Below are positions 44,120 to 58,324 of a DNA stretch of 64,000 nucleotides, in pieces. This DNA comes from the human T2T-CHM13v2.0 reference genome, Homo sapiens. A model generated the notes under the pieces. It worked only from the letters and a program-made list of their open reading frames with translations, searched no databases and was not told the origin of the DNA. Within the stretch, counting starts at the first letter, position 1. Every line of letters begins with the position of its first letter. The stretch is taken from assembly GCF_009914755.1 (NCBI RefSeq), contig NC_060931.1; one strand, written 5' to 3'. A program made the position numbers and the translations under genes.

Positions 44120-44593
44120 TATTTTATTTTATTTTTTTATTATACTTTAAGTTCTAGGGTACATGTGCACAATGTGCAGGTTAGTTACATATGTATACAT
44201 GTGCCATGTTGGTGTGCTGCACCCATTAACTCGTCATTTACATTAGGTATATCTCTTAATGCTATCCCTCCCCCGACCCCACAACAGGCCCCGGGGTGCA
44301 ATGTTCCCCTTCCTGTGTCCAAGTGTTCTCATTGTTCAGTTCCCACCTATGAGTGAGAACATGCGGTGTTTGGTTTTTCTGTCCTTGCGATAGTTTGCTG
44401 AAAATGATGGTTTCCAGCTTCATCCATGTCCCTACAAAGGACATGAACTCATCATTTTTTATGGCTGCATAGTATTCCATGCTGTATATGTGCCACATTT
44501 TCTTAATCCAGTCTATCATTGTTGGACATATGGCTTGGTTCCAAGTCTTTGCTATTGTGAGTAGTGCCACAATAAACATACGTGTGCATGTGT
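44120..44593 (-). mobile_element. L1PA 3' end (5'-truncated) nested in older L1
   Basis: ttattatactttaagttctagggtacatgtgcacaatgtgcagg; ORF 44262-44579 translates the L1 ORF2 C-terminus (WIKKMWHIY). Confidence 0.92.
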
Positions 44594-45209
44594 TTGGATA
44601 TATACTCGGAAGTGAGATTGCTGGGTCCCATGTGCAATAGCATCAAAAAGAATAAAATGCTTAGGAATAAACTTAACCAAAGAGATAAAATATTTCTACA
44701 CTGAGAACTACATAAGATTAATAAAAGAAATTGAAGAAAACACAAATAAAGGGGAAGAAAGCCCATGTTCATGGATTGAAAGACCTACTACTGTTAAAAT
44801 ATCCATACTATCCAAAGCAATCTGCAGACACAATGCAATCCCTACTAAAATCCTAATGGTATTTTCTACAAAAATTTTTTTAAAAATCCTAACATTCACA
44901 TGGAACAACAAAGGACTCCAAATAGTCAAACACAAACTTTAGAAAGAACAAATTTGGAGGCATCATACTTCCTGATTTCTAAATTTATTACGAATTTACA
45001 GTAACTTTAACAGTACAGCAATGGCATTAAAACAGATTTATAGACCAGTGGAACAGAATATAGAGCCCAGAAATAAACCCACAGATAAACAGTTAACTGA
45101 TCTTTGGCAAGGGTACCAAGAATACACATACATCAGGGAAGGATAATCTCTTCCACAAATGATGCTCAGAAAACTGAATATCCACATGCAACATAATCAA
45201 ATTGGATTT

Positions 45210-47584
45210 TGTTATGGTTTGGATCTGTATCCCCAAATCTCATGTCAAACTGTATCCTAAATGTTAGAGGTGGTGCCTGGTGGGAGGTGACTCAATCATG
45301 GGGGCACATTTCCCTCTTGGTGCTGTTTTCATGATAGTGAATGAGTGAGTTCTGGTGAAATCTGCTCATTTAAAAGTGTGTGGTACCTCCCTCCCCAACT
45401 CTCACTCCATATCTTGGCCATGTAAGATGTGCCTGTTTTCATTCTGACTTCTGCCATGATTGTAAGTTTCCTAAGGCCTTCCCAGAAGCAGAAGCCACTA
45501 TGCTTCCTGTACAGCCTGCAGAACTGTGAGCCAATTAAACCTCTTTTCTTTATAAATTACCGAGTCTCAGGTATTTCTTTATAGAAATTCAAGAATGGAC
45601 TAACACAGAAAATTAGTACCAAGAAAAGGGGCATTGCTATGATACCTGAAAATGTGGAAGCAGCTTTGAAACTGGATAACAGGCAGAGGTTGGAACAGTT
45701 TGGAGGGCTCAGAAGAAAACAGGAAGATGAGGGAAAAGTTTGGAACTTCCTAGAGACTTGAATTGTTGTGACCAAAATGCTGATAGTGATATGGACAATG
45801 AAGTCCAAGCTGAGGAGGTCTCAGGTGAATACGGGAAAGTTACCGAGAATTGGAGTAAAGCTATGCTTTAGCAAACAGCCTGGCTGCAATGTGTCCTTGC
45901 TCTATGGATCTGTGGAACTTTGAACTTCAAAGTGATGATTTAGGGTATCTGATGGAAGAAATTTCTAAGCAGTGAAGTATTCAAGACATGGCCTGGCTGC
46001 TCACATGTGTAAGCAAAGAAATGACCTGTAATTTGAACTTTTTTATAAAAGAAAAGCAGAGTTTCCAAAGTTTAGAAAATTTGCATCCTGGCCATGTGGC
46101 AGAAAAGAAAAGCCCATTTTCAGGAGAGCAATTCAAGCTAAAAGAAAGACAAGTGCTGATAGCCAAGACAATGGGGAAAAGGCCTCGATAGTATTTCAGA
46201 GAACTTCATGGCAGCCCTTCTCATCACAGGCCCAAAGGCCTAGTAAGACTGAAAGGTTTTGTGGATCAGGCCCAGCTGCCCTGCGCAGCCATGAGAACTG
46301 CTCCCTGCATCCCAGCAGCTCCAGCTCTAGCCATGGCTCAAAGGGGCCCAGGTATAGCTCAGGCCACTGCTCTGGAGGATGTAAGCCATAAGCCTTGGTA
46401 GCTTCCATGTAGTGTTAAGCCTGTGGGTACACAGAGTGTAAGAGTGAATGAGGCTCAGGAGCCTCCGCCTAGATTTCAGAGGATATATAGAAAAGCCCGG
46501 ATGTCCAGGCAGAAGTCTGCTGCAGGGATAGAGCCCTTATGGAGAGCCTCCATTAGGGCAGTGTAGAGGGGAAATGTAAGATTGGAGCCCCTACACAGTG
46601 TCCCCACTGGAGCACTGCCTAGTGGAGCAGTGAGAAGAGGGCCACTGTCCTCCAGACCCCAGAATGGTAGATCCACTGGCAGCTTGCACCCTGCACCTGG
46701 AAAAGCCATACACATTCAACACCAGCCCTTGAGAGCAGCCACAGGGGCTGAATCCTGCAAAGCCACAGGAGCAGAGCTGCCCAAGGCCTTGTGAGCCTAC
46801 CCCTTGCATCACTGTGTCCTGAATGTGAGACTTAGAGTCAAAGGAGATTATTCTGGAGCTTTAAGATTTAATGACTGCCCTGCTGGGTTTCAGACTTGCA
46901 TGGGGCCTGTAGCCCCTTTCTTTTGGCCAATTTCTCCCTTTTGGAATGGAAGTATTTACTCAATGCCTGTACCTCCATTGTATCTTGAAAATAACTAACT
47001 TGTTTGTTATTTTCCAGGCTCATGAGCAGAAGGGACTTGCCTTGTCTCAGATGAGACTTTGGATTTTTGAGGTCATGCTGGAAAAAAGTCAAGACTTTGA
47101 GGAACTGTTGGGAAGGCATGATTGGGTTTTGCAAAGTGAGAAGGACATGAGATTTGGGAGGGGCCAGGGGTGGAATGATACAGTTTGGATCTGTGTCTCC
47201 ATCCAAATCTCATGTTGAAATGTAATCCACAATGTTGGAGGCTGGATCTGGTGGGAGGTGATTGGATCATGGGGGTGGATTTCCCCCTTGGTGCCGTTCT
47301 CGTAACAGTGACTGAGTTCTTGTGAGGTCTGGTCATTTAACAGCCTGTGGCACTCCTCTGTCCCCACTGCTCTTTCTTCTGCTCCGACCATGTAAGACAT
47401 GCCTGCTTTCCCTTTGACTTCTGCCACAATTGTAAGTTTCCTGCGGCCTCCCCAGAAGCAGAAGCCACTATGCTTCCTGTACAGCCTCCAGAACTGTGAG
47501 CCACAACTATGTTAGATGAGGTTGTATTAGTCTGTTCTTGCACTGCTGTGAAGAAATACCTTAGACGGGGTAATTTATAACAAG
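45210..47584 (+). mobile_element. MaLR MST (MSTA-like) element: 5' LTR 45210-45607, internal 45608-47175, 3' LTR 47176-47584
   Basis: Two homologous LTRs (tg.ta..gtttggatctgt...agaagcagaagccactatgcttcctgtacagcct); polypurine tract tttgggaggggccaggggtggaa before the 3' LTR. Confidence 0.92.
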
Positions 47585-47665
47585 CTGCTTCTTGTTATAG
47601 TACAGGTCTTCTTGTAAGACCTTATCTTACACCATACAGAAAACCAACTCAAAATGGATTAATGA

Positions 47666-47976
47666 TTTTTTTTTTGGGGGGAGATATAGTCTCACTGTCA
47701 CCCAGTCTAGAGTGCAGTGGCGTGATCTCGGCTCACTGCAAGCTCCACCTCCCAGATTCAAGCAATTCTCGTGCCTCAGCCTCCTGAGTAGCTAGGATCA
47801 CAGGCAGCCGCCACTGTGTCCGGCTATTTTATTTTATTTTATTTTTTTGTATTTTTAGTAGAGATAGAGTTTCACCATATTGGCTAGGCTGGTCTCAAAC
47901 TCCTAAACTCAAGTGATCCAACCACCTTGGCCTGCCAAAGTGCTGGGATTACAGGCATGAGCCACTGTGCCTGGCT
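47666..47976 (-). mobile_element. Alu nested in L1
   Basis: TSD tggattaatgattt. Confidence 0.94.
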
Positions 47977-48358
47977 GGATTAATGATTTAAATGTAAGAC
48001 CTGAATCTATAAAACTCCTAGGAGAAAACATAGGGGAAAGCTTCCTGACACTGGTCTAGGCAATGATTTCATGAATATGACACGGAAGCACAGGCAATGA
48101 AAGCAAAAATACACAAGTGGGATGACATCAAGCTGAAAAGCTCAGTACAGCAAAGGAAAAAAAAATATAAAGTGAAAGGCAACCTACGGAATGGGAGAAA
48201 ATATTAGCAAACCACATATCTAGTAAGGAGTTAATATCTAAAATATATAATGAACTCCTACAACTCAACAGCAAACAAACAAGCCAAACAACAACAACAA
48301 CAACAACAACAACAGAACTTGATTTAAAATGGGCAAAGACATTTTTAAATGAATAGAC

Positions 48359-48644
48359 TTTTTTTTTTTTCGAGACAAGGTCTCACCCAGGCTGAAGTGT
48401 AGTGGTGCAATCTCAGCTTATTGCAACCTCCGCCTCCCAGATTCAAGCGTTCTCGTGCCCCAGCCTCCCGAGTAGCTGGGATCACAGGTTTGCACCACCA
48501 TGCCCAGCTAATTTTTGTATTTTTAGTAGAGATGGGGTTTTGCTATGTTGCCCAGGCTAGTCTTGAACTCCTGGCCTCAAGTGATACACCCACCTCGGCC
48601 TCCCAAAGTGTTGGGATTACAGGCATGAGCCACCGCACCCAGCC
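48359..48644 (-). mobile_element. Alu nested in L1
   Basis: Antisense Alu; TSD tgaatagacttt. Confidence 0.93.
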
Positions 48645-48654
48645 TTGAATAGAC

Positions 48655-49109
<455 letters not shown>

Positions 49110-49341
49110 TAGTGGTGGGATATGGAGAAATTGGAACCCTTTTACACAATTGGTGAGAATGTAAAATGCAGCTGTTACAGAAAACAGCATGGAGGTTCTT
49201 CCAGAAATAAAAAATTGCTACCATATGATCCAGCAATTCCACTTCTATATATATTTTTTCCCAATCATTGGTGTTGGCATACCTGAAATACTGATATGGG
49301 CGTATCATGTTGATTATACACATTTCAAATGGGAATACTAC

Positions 49342-49630
<289 letters not shown>

Positions 49631-50027
49631 CTACTTTGGTTTTTTTAAAATTACACTATTCTATCGCTGAGGACTAAACAAGGCGCTGTAAATTGCAAGT
49701 GTTTTCTTAAAACCTTTTAGCATAAAAAATATTAATGTTTCAAACTTAGAAAAACCTGAGTTATTTTTAATACTACTATAACCTAGTTGTATTTTCCGGG
49801 TAATGCCATCCCTGCTAATCAACCACCTAAAACCAAAAGCTTTTTAAAGCTGTAAATATTGCTGACATATTATTTGCAGCCAATTAGCACAATATTCTAA
49901 TGAGATTATCATCATTGATTCCCAACAGGGGTAGGTAATGGTGTTCATTCATACACTAATATAATTTTGTCTTTCTTACAGCATGCACATTCTATAAAAC
50001 TGGAATGATAGTACCTGTAGTACTTAC

Positions 50028-50048
50028 CCTTATGTTTTTCAGCCAACG
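50028..50048 (-). CDS. Candidate 21-nt frame-preserving microexon (ALAEKHK phase 1; RWLKNIR phase 0)
   Basis: ttattttccatatgccaag|CGTTGGCTGAAAAACATAAGG|gtaagt; consensus donor; TGC next to 3'ss; TGCATG ~40 nt downstream. Confidence 0.5.
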
Positions 50049-50381
50049 CTTGGCATATGGAAAATAATCGCAAAATGTTATTAACATGATTGTTTTCTTT
50101 GCCATGTTAAGTTACACCACAAAAACATAAAATAGATCAACATTCCTTAACTATAAGAAACACAACTAAAAGAATTTACTGAGTGTGCTGTCTTTTCTTT
50201 GCATGTGGCAACAATAGTAGCTACTCTGCATGTATTGGTACTTATTTCACAGCAACACAGGAACACTTTGACTTTGACATTGTTAAGCACTGAAGTTCAA
50301 AACTAGCAACCATACACACTTACTATTTAACATCTTGTGTTTTTTCCTTTATTCATAGGTTTAAAAGAAGTGCTTAGCTAC

Positions 50382-50423
50382 CTGATGGTGACCTCTTACA
50401 CTTTTCATGATCGACCTGGTTGT
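50382..50423 (-). CDS. Candidate 42-nt exon (xNQVDHEKCKRSPS phase 1; TTRSIMKSVRGHHQ phase 0)
   Basis: ttatttcttttttcaag|ACAACC...CATCAG|gtagct; strong acceptor, length divisible by 3; alternative internal donor gives 24 nt. Confidence 0.4.
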
Positions 50424-51661
50424 CTTGAAAAAAGAAATAATAGTTTCTATTTTCGCTTCCATTTCCCTCTCAGAAAATGAATAAAGAAAAATGGCCAGAA
50501 AAAAATGGGAAAAATATAAAATATTTTTTTAAATACATGTTTTTCTTCTTGTTTGGGGTTACTCAACTCAAAAACAGTATTTTATGTCCCCAAATACTGT
50601 TTAAATTTCTACCATAATTTATCCCCTTGAATCATCAATAGTCTTTTTCTCAAGCCTACCATTCTCTGAAGCCACTACAATCTTGTCCTGTGACACTTAG
50701 CTTTAGCTTTTGAAATGGAACAGAGAAGAGACAAAAGCTTATGAATTGAAGCCACAGCAGGGGCAAGGATTTAGCCTCCTTTTCTGTACATTCTCAAAGC
50801 TGTTGGCTGTAGGGACTAAAATACACATTCTGGGGCTTTTCTACTGGATTCCAGTCATGTACCATGTACTAGGAGTAAATAAGGACAACAGGAAATCAGG
50901 AAACAGGCTGGAATTCACTCTTAGAATTTCTTCCAAATGACAACCACCAAAATCTAGTTAAAGACTCATTTTATGATTTCTTAACTTTTTTTAAATTGGG
51001 GATTCCAATGAAGTGGCTTTGAAGTATTTATCTGAAATCTCTTTAATACCACTTCCCAAGCACCGGACTCTGCCTATGCTGAGATAATACTTTGACTTGA
51101 TCAACCAAGAACGAAATGGGGGGAAAAATACCCATTGCTAACCCAAGTTTTAGTGTAGCTTATAAAATTACTTGGAAGAAATAATCAGAGAGGCAAGAGA
51201 ACAAGTAGTAGAGTGTTTCAAAAGGCGAAAGGAAAGAGAATGAACTCAGTTCAATGGCAAATGCAAGATCAACGTTGGAGCAGTTTCAGGACACTGGTGA
51301 TGTTGAGCTACATAGCACGTTGCTACCTTGGGAAAGGCAGAAAGAGTACGTCTTTGTGGCTCTTATACAGCAGCTGCTTATTTAGTTTTTCCGAGACAGG
51401 ATTTTTAATTAGCTGTCTATGGTTATTCTCTTTTTTGTTTTTCCTCAATTTATAGAGGGCTCTAGATCACCTACTAGTCTAACCCCTCGGTCATTTTCTT
51501 AGGACTGGCTTTCAGCTGCTTCGAAATGATGTGACTGCCAGGAAAGTACTACTGCATCGCCTCGGGCCTTTCTAGACCCTTTTCTAGGAAGAGATGATGC
51601 ACTAATTGTTTCCTAACCCAAATGCTATAAATGCACAAGACTATAGAATACTGGACTGGTT

Positions 51662-51970
<309 letters not shown>

Positions 51971-52955
51971 TTAATTATCCTTCAAAGTAAATGGTGAGTC
52001 AAAGAAGAATGAACGTATTTGAGGAACAGATGTCCAAAGCAGGATTCATGTCCTCTAATGTAAGGCTAAGAAGAAAACATCAGAAAATTTTTATTATTGT
52101 GTGGGTTCTATTTATCTAATGAAAAAAACACATTATGGATCATTAAAAATAATCTTAGAAAATTAAAAAAGAAATCAAAATGAAATCCTAGAGAGTGACT
52201 TTTTCAAATAATTTTGACAGATACACTGCGGCATCCACCAGCCTTCAAGTCTGCTTTATTATCTTCTCACAATCCTTTCAAACTCTGGATACCACAAAAC
52301 AAAGTAATCCGAATTGTGCTATGTGCTTTAAAAATAACTGTAAATAATTAAAAGTAATTGTAAAATATAGGAAAATGTTAATCTATAATACTAATATTCG
52401 ACTAAATTTTTGGTGAATCTGCTATATTTAAGGATACAGAAAGGCTTCGTTAATCATAATTGAAATCAGGACATAGTCAAAGAATCAAATGAGCAACTTC
52501 AACTTGGCTTCAATAACAAAACATTTAGAAACTTCTACAACTACCAACTACTCCAATGAGATCTTTTCAAAGCAGGAAATTGGGATACAATATCTTGTTT
52601 ATTGCCTGTTAGCTTTAGAAACAGCCCTCAAAGATAGGTCAATATTGGTTTAGTTTTGTTTAAAAGAACAATTTTGCAATTATAATCTTTAAAATTTGTC
52701 ATATTTATGGAGAAATCTTAGATGTATGTACATAATTGCAATTCCTTTATAAACTTGCATCTGAAATCAGTGAGAATTTTGCTAAGACAAGGATGGTACA
52801 GAATCACTGTGATAATCTAACTAGAGTTTCAAAGTAAAGAAGCAGTAGATTTCAGATTTTGTCTCTTTCCAGCACTAGCTTTATAGCTAGCACCAACCAT
52901 ACCTCTCACATAAGAAACCAAGCTGCAAACCTACACCAGTTAAAAATTAAGTTCT

Positions 52956-53491
52956 GCTACCATTTGATACAGCCATCCCACTACTGGGTATATATCACCC
53001 CAAAATCAAATCATTATATAAAAAGATACCTGCACTCGTATGTTTATCACAGCACTATTCACTAGAGCAAAGTTATGGAATCCACCTAAGTGTCCATCAA
53101 CTGATGACTGGATGAAGAAAATGTGGTGATATATACAATGGACTACTACTCAGACATAAAAAATGAAATAATGTCTTCTACTGCAACATAGATGGAACTA
53201 GAGGTCATTATTTTAAGCGAAAAAATTCAGAAGTGAGTAGTCAAATACTACATGTTCTCAATGATAAGTGGAGCTAAATATGTGTGCACGTGGACATAAC
53301 AGTGTGGAATAACAATCACTGGAGACTTGGAAGGGTGAGACAGTGGGAGGCGGGTAAGGCATGAGAAATTATTTAATGGGTACAATGTACACTATTCAGG
53401 TGATGGTTACACTAAAAGCTCAGGCTTCACTACTACACAATATATCCATGTAACAAAACTGCACTTGTACCTTTCAAATTTATACAAATAA
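52956..53491 (+). mobile_element. L1PB (L1PB4-like) 3' end
   Basis: gggtacaatgtacactattcaggtgatggttacactaaaagc...aaactgcacttgtac; TSD aaaaatt(a/c)agttct. Confidence 0.88.
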
Positions 53492-55956
53492 AAAAATTCA
53501 GTTCTCATTTATCTTGGAAGAGTGAATTATCATTTCCAAAAGTTTTAAATGGATCTGAACCTTTATTTAACTGTCATTTTTCAGTCTCATTAAAAAATAC
53601 ATGAAGGTGAGGACTCAGGTTTTACCATGAAATCCTTTTCCCCTACTAGATTGCAGCTCCTTAAACTGGGTTATAATGTATGACTACATTTCAATTAATT
53701 AGATGTTGAGCTAAATGCTAAAAATGCTTGAAGAGATTAGGTAGATGACTTCAACACATTCCAATATACAAGCTCACTTGCACACTATGAAAGTTTAAGG
53801 TACTAAAAAATGACAAGGTGATTCAGCACAGAAAAACAATGCAACACTACACTTGGGCCAGCAGATGTCTCTCTACAACCCATGGCACCAACCAAGAGAT
53901 AACCAGGTATCTAACAGCACAGAAGGATTGATCTTATTCGAAACGGTAAACAAAAGCATTCTTAGGTATTGATCAGGAGGAGAAGAATGTTCAAGTTCAG
54001 ACAGAAAGTTGAGAAGGGAACAGTAGGTGAGAAAATAGAAACAGAAGCTTATTACAAAAGGAAGGAGAGAGCTCGGCCCATACAGAATAAAGTTAAGGCA
54101 GGTTTGAGGCATTTTTAGGGGTAAAAAAATGCTGTAGAAGTTACTGAAGAATACAGGGAGAAGGGCAAGAAACCATGCGTCCCTACCATAGCACTGAAAT
54201 ACTGCAAGCTTGTCAAAGGACAACCGACTGACTAGCAGGTTAAGAAATCCACTTTGCTGGTTATGATGAACAATAAAAAGAGAGAAAAAGGGAAAAGAAA
54301 AAGTGATAGAATTAAAAAACTCTATCCCAGCTTGCATAAAGTAAGCTTCAGGAAACCACATACCCACATGTACAAATATGTGTGCTGGGCCCTAAGGTAA
54401 CAGGTATTTCCTCCTGGGGGTTCTAATAAAAAGGTCTGAAAGCCATGGAGATATTCAGTGCACCCCCAGTGCCCCACCTCTCCCTCAAGCTAATAATGCC
54501 AGCTGCAAGACCTCCAAAACAGAAACATAACTGTCAAAGGTAATATCCCAAAATCCCCGAAGGAAGACATGGTAAAACATACATCATCATATTTAAAATA
54601 AACTATGTAAATTATGAAGCAGAAGTCAGGGCCGAGGAAGATGCAACATAAACTCCATGAGAGAAAAGTCTAACTACCAGATGCAACTCTCAGCCCCATC
54701 TCTGGCATCTTTTCCCACCCTGAATAAAGGGATGCTGAGGGGCTGAAGGGGAGCTGGCAGGAGAGACAGCAAGGCTGGGGACGAGGCGGATAGCAGGACA
54801 TACAGCATCTATCTGGGCAGGAATTGGTGAAGATCCAGAGAGATGGGAGTGGAGTGAGGAGAAAGATAACCCATTCAATGTCAAATCCCATCACCAAGCA
54901 GAGGACTGGACACGTAATATGCCCCTTACTAACGTTTGCTGAAGGTGTCAGTAGGTCTCAGCAATGCCAACAATTTTATTACAATTACAGGAAGTTAGTG
55001 CCTAAGCAGGCATGATAGTTTGGAGCTTCTTATTCCAAGGTTATCACCTGCCATCATCAGAAAATGGGAGTGCTGCTGCTTTTAACTCTATCCTCACCAT
55101 CTTTAGTAACTGTCAGCCATTTCAGTAGCCACCTGGAAGCTATGCTATGCTCCCCTGGAACTACGTCTTCAAGAATTTCAAAGAAGTTTGTTTGGTTTCA
55201 AACTGGAAACCAATCTGACACTTAGAAGGTCAAAGACAAAAATGAATGGGTGCTCAAGGACTTAGGGTGCTCAAAGATTAAGACGTTTCAAAGAGGTTTT
55301 AAGTTACGTTTCTCAGAGCCAGGACAACAGACTATACAGAGGCCACGTCAGAACTTACCAATGATGTTCGCACTTGCCTTAGGAGGAGAGTTTGCTTTTG
55401 TTGGGTATTTTTGGTTTGTATAATTGGTTTATTTGGGGCTTACGTATATTTAAAAGAACTTTATAACAGCAAACACCTACATACTATTTACTATGTGCTA
55501 TGTACTATTCTAGGCCTTTACAAATATTAACTTATTTAATAAATGTATATAGAACTACTAATCTCAGTTACCTGTTCAGTGGTTTATTCTGCTTCACTAA
55601 AAGTATCTCCGTTTCTTCCATTTTCCTCCTGCAAAATAGGAGGAGAATATCGTTAGTGAGTAGGTACAAATGCACACAAAATGTTTTACATTATTATTTG
55701 CTATTTTCCAAACTCAGAGTGCCAAAAGGGCTTCACTGAACTTTAGCCAATTATTTCACCTGCCTAATTTTACTGAGTTCCTAAATAGAATCTTAAGAAG
55801 ACATAATTACTACATACACAGATAATAAGAGATTTGAAAAACAAATAACTTGTGGCTTCAAAAGAAATTAAGGTGACACAATAAAAAGTTAGATGCACAG
55901 GGAAACAGAGTAAGATTCTCTTGGACTTTGAATCCTTCTACATTTGATACGACTTT

Positions 55957-56030
55957 TCAAACCACACTCCCTCTGCAGTTCTTTTTCAGGTGGGCAGTAT
56001 GTTTCCTCACTAGGTGAAATAATTGCTGTT
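55957..56030 (-). CDS. Candidate alternative terminal exon (phase 1 xQQLFHLVRKHTAHLKKNCRGSVV*; phase 2 open to 55889)
   Basis: caattgtttctatctttag|AACAGC good acceptor; motif-only. Confidence 0.3.
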
Positions 56031-56489
56031 CTAAAGATAGAAACAATTGGTGGATTTGATTTTAAAGATTTACTGAAAATTTTTAAAAAATGATAATGGA
56101 AAGCATTTGTTAAAAAAAAGAGGTTATTTCCCAGAAAAGGTAATTGTTCATCATCTCTGGCAGGTGACATTTACCTTTGGGAACTCATGAGTGTCTAGGT
56201 TCTGTCCCTGAAATCTCTGGCTCCAAAAGTCTCTCTCACTAAGGTGCCAGAGATGATCATGTTGATTAATACTGATTCATGCTAACAAAGCTCACAAGAG
56301 ACTGATAAAGCCAAAATGGCAAAGTATTGACTTATAGTGAAAAATGTAATTGTCAGATATCCTGGACACTTGCTCCGTCCAGTTTGGAAGCCAGTAAATC
56401 CAAGGCATAGGCACCTCACAGGCAGGCAAAGATTAGGCCAAATTCACGGCAGATTGCTCAGTGAGCATATCGGAGCAGTCACCACCTAG

Positions 56490-57535
56490 ATGCCAATGGC
56501 CTCCAAAACGATCTCTCTAGCCAAGCATTATCCTACCTTCTCCACCACCATCCTAGTCCAAGCTGCCATTGTTCTTTCTCCTGGACAAATACAAAACACT
56601 TCTTGCTGTTTTCCCAGCCTCCACACTTTCTCCCTTCCAATTCATTATGCACAATGTGTCCAGAGTAAACCCTTTGTTTGTTTGTTTGTTTTGGAGACAG
56701 GGTCTCACTTTGTCAGTCAGGCTGGAGTACAGTACTACAATCATAGCTCACTATAGCCTCAAACTCCAGGGCTCAAGCGATCTTCCCACCTCAGCCTCCC
56801 AAGTTGCTGAGATAATGTACAGGTGTGCACTACCATGCCCACTCATTTTTTATTTTTTGTAGAGACAAGGTCTTGCTATGTTGCCCAGGCTGGCCTGGAA
56901 CTCCTGGCCTCAAGTGATCCTCCTGCCTCAGCCTCCCGAGATGCTAGGCTACAGGTATGAGCCACCATGCCTGGCACAAAAGAAACCCTTTAAAATAGAA
57001 AACAGACTGTGGCTCAGCCCTACCTATACCCGCCCCACCTTTAGTGCTCTGCATTGGTCTATGATAAACACAGGGGATGACTCTTGGCCCTGCTGGGGCC
57101 CTGCCCCCTCCATGCACCACTCTCCCTTGTCATCCTCTCACTTCAGCCACGCTGGTCTCCTTTCACTCCTATGAATAAACAAGATCCCTCAACACCTCAG
57201 AGATTTTGCACATCTTATTTTCTCTCCTTGAAAATTAATGCACATATTCTGCCCTCCCTCCCCCGATATACATGCCTACCCAGGAACCTGTACATCCTCA
57301 CCTACATAGGGACACATTCCCCTATGCTAAGCTCCCAGGACACCTTGACCTTCTCCACCAGAGCACTTAAACAGTTTGTAACTACACGTAACTATGCATT
57401 ATGCAGTTATTTAATTTAGATCTCTCTCTCTCTCACTAGACTATAAGAAGCTCCATGAGGGTGGACACTGAGCTCATTTTATTAGCGTGTTCCCCGGTAG
57501 TGACTACTCAACAGATATGTTCTTGAATGAATGGT
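56490..57535. mobile_element. L2 fragments split by an Alu
   Basis: ccaccaccatcctagtccaagctgccatt...; ctagactataagaagctccatgaggg...tactcaacagatatgttcttgaatgaatg (L2 3' end). Confidence 0.65.
56673..56976 (-). mobile_element. Alu (AluJ-like)
   Basis: atcatagctcactatagcctcaaactccagggctcaagcgatc; TSD aaacccttt. Confidence 0.92.
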
Positions 57536-58324
57536 GGCTTCGGGCTTTCAGAATCTGTTGCATCCATTGCCAAAAACAGGGATAATTCTGCCAGACAGAC
57601 ACGGGGCTCTGCTGAAGGGGCTCCATCCCCCACATTGTGCACCCCCACCCCTGGGTCACCAGTAATTAGATGGGCATTGTCTACATACACTTATGTAAAT
57701 TTTTGTTTCCTACACTTCCATGGCCAAAATAAATCTTCAGATATTAAAAAGAAATAGCACAAAGTTCAAGACACATTTGGGTAGCAACGCAGCAGAGAAG
57801 ACTCACGGCAGTGGGTTACTAAGAAACACTAGAAACAAAAAGGAAAACAAATTTCAGCCAAAGGAAGTCCTTGATGAAACAACCCTGGCAAGTGGATACA
57901 CATACACACACAGACCAAAGCAGTGGCTCTCAGATGAGGGTGCATGAGATCCTGGGTTTGCTGCGGGATGCCACCACAACCAGGGGGTCAACAGCAAGGC
58001 AGTGTGAAGATCCTAGAAGGAGGCCCCACTCCCTGCCCCTCCTCTGATCGCCAGGGCCTGCCGTGCATGCTTGGCACACAGGAGACCCGGTGTGCACTGA
58101 GTGTGGTGCTCTCCCATTTACCTAACAAACCAACAATCAATGGGCATTTCCTAACTCACTGCGTAGAGTGTTTTAAATGGCTCACAGCTGTGGTTAATTT
58201 TTACAAGATGTTCTAACACTTCAGTCTTCTTATGTGATAGGGATGAGAACAAAACCGGTGGGAAGAAACCCCATAATACATTTGGCTCTAAATTCATATC
58301 TAGTTATGGGGTTAGAGAGGGTCA

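Noticed and set aside
44262-44579. 105-aa ORF containing WIKKMWHIY
   Set aside because: C-terminal remnant of L1 ORF2p in a truncated L1PA; not a host gene.
45608-47175. Overlapping ORFs in the MST internal region
   Set aside because: Degraded MaLR internal sequence; short GC-rich chance ORFs on both strands.
55353-55460. Strong minus-strand donor TTG|gtaagt
   Set aside because: No convincing acceptor or pyrimidine tract upstream.
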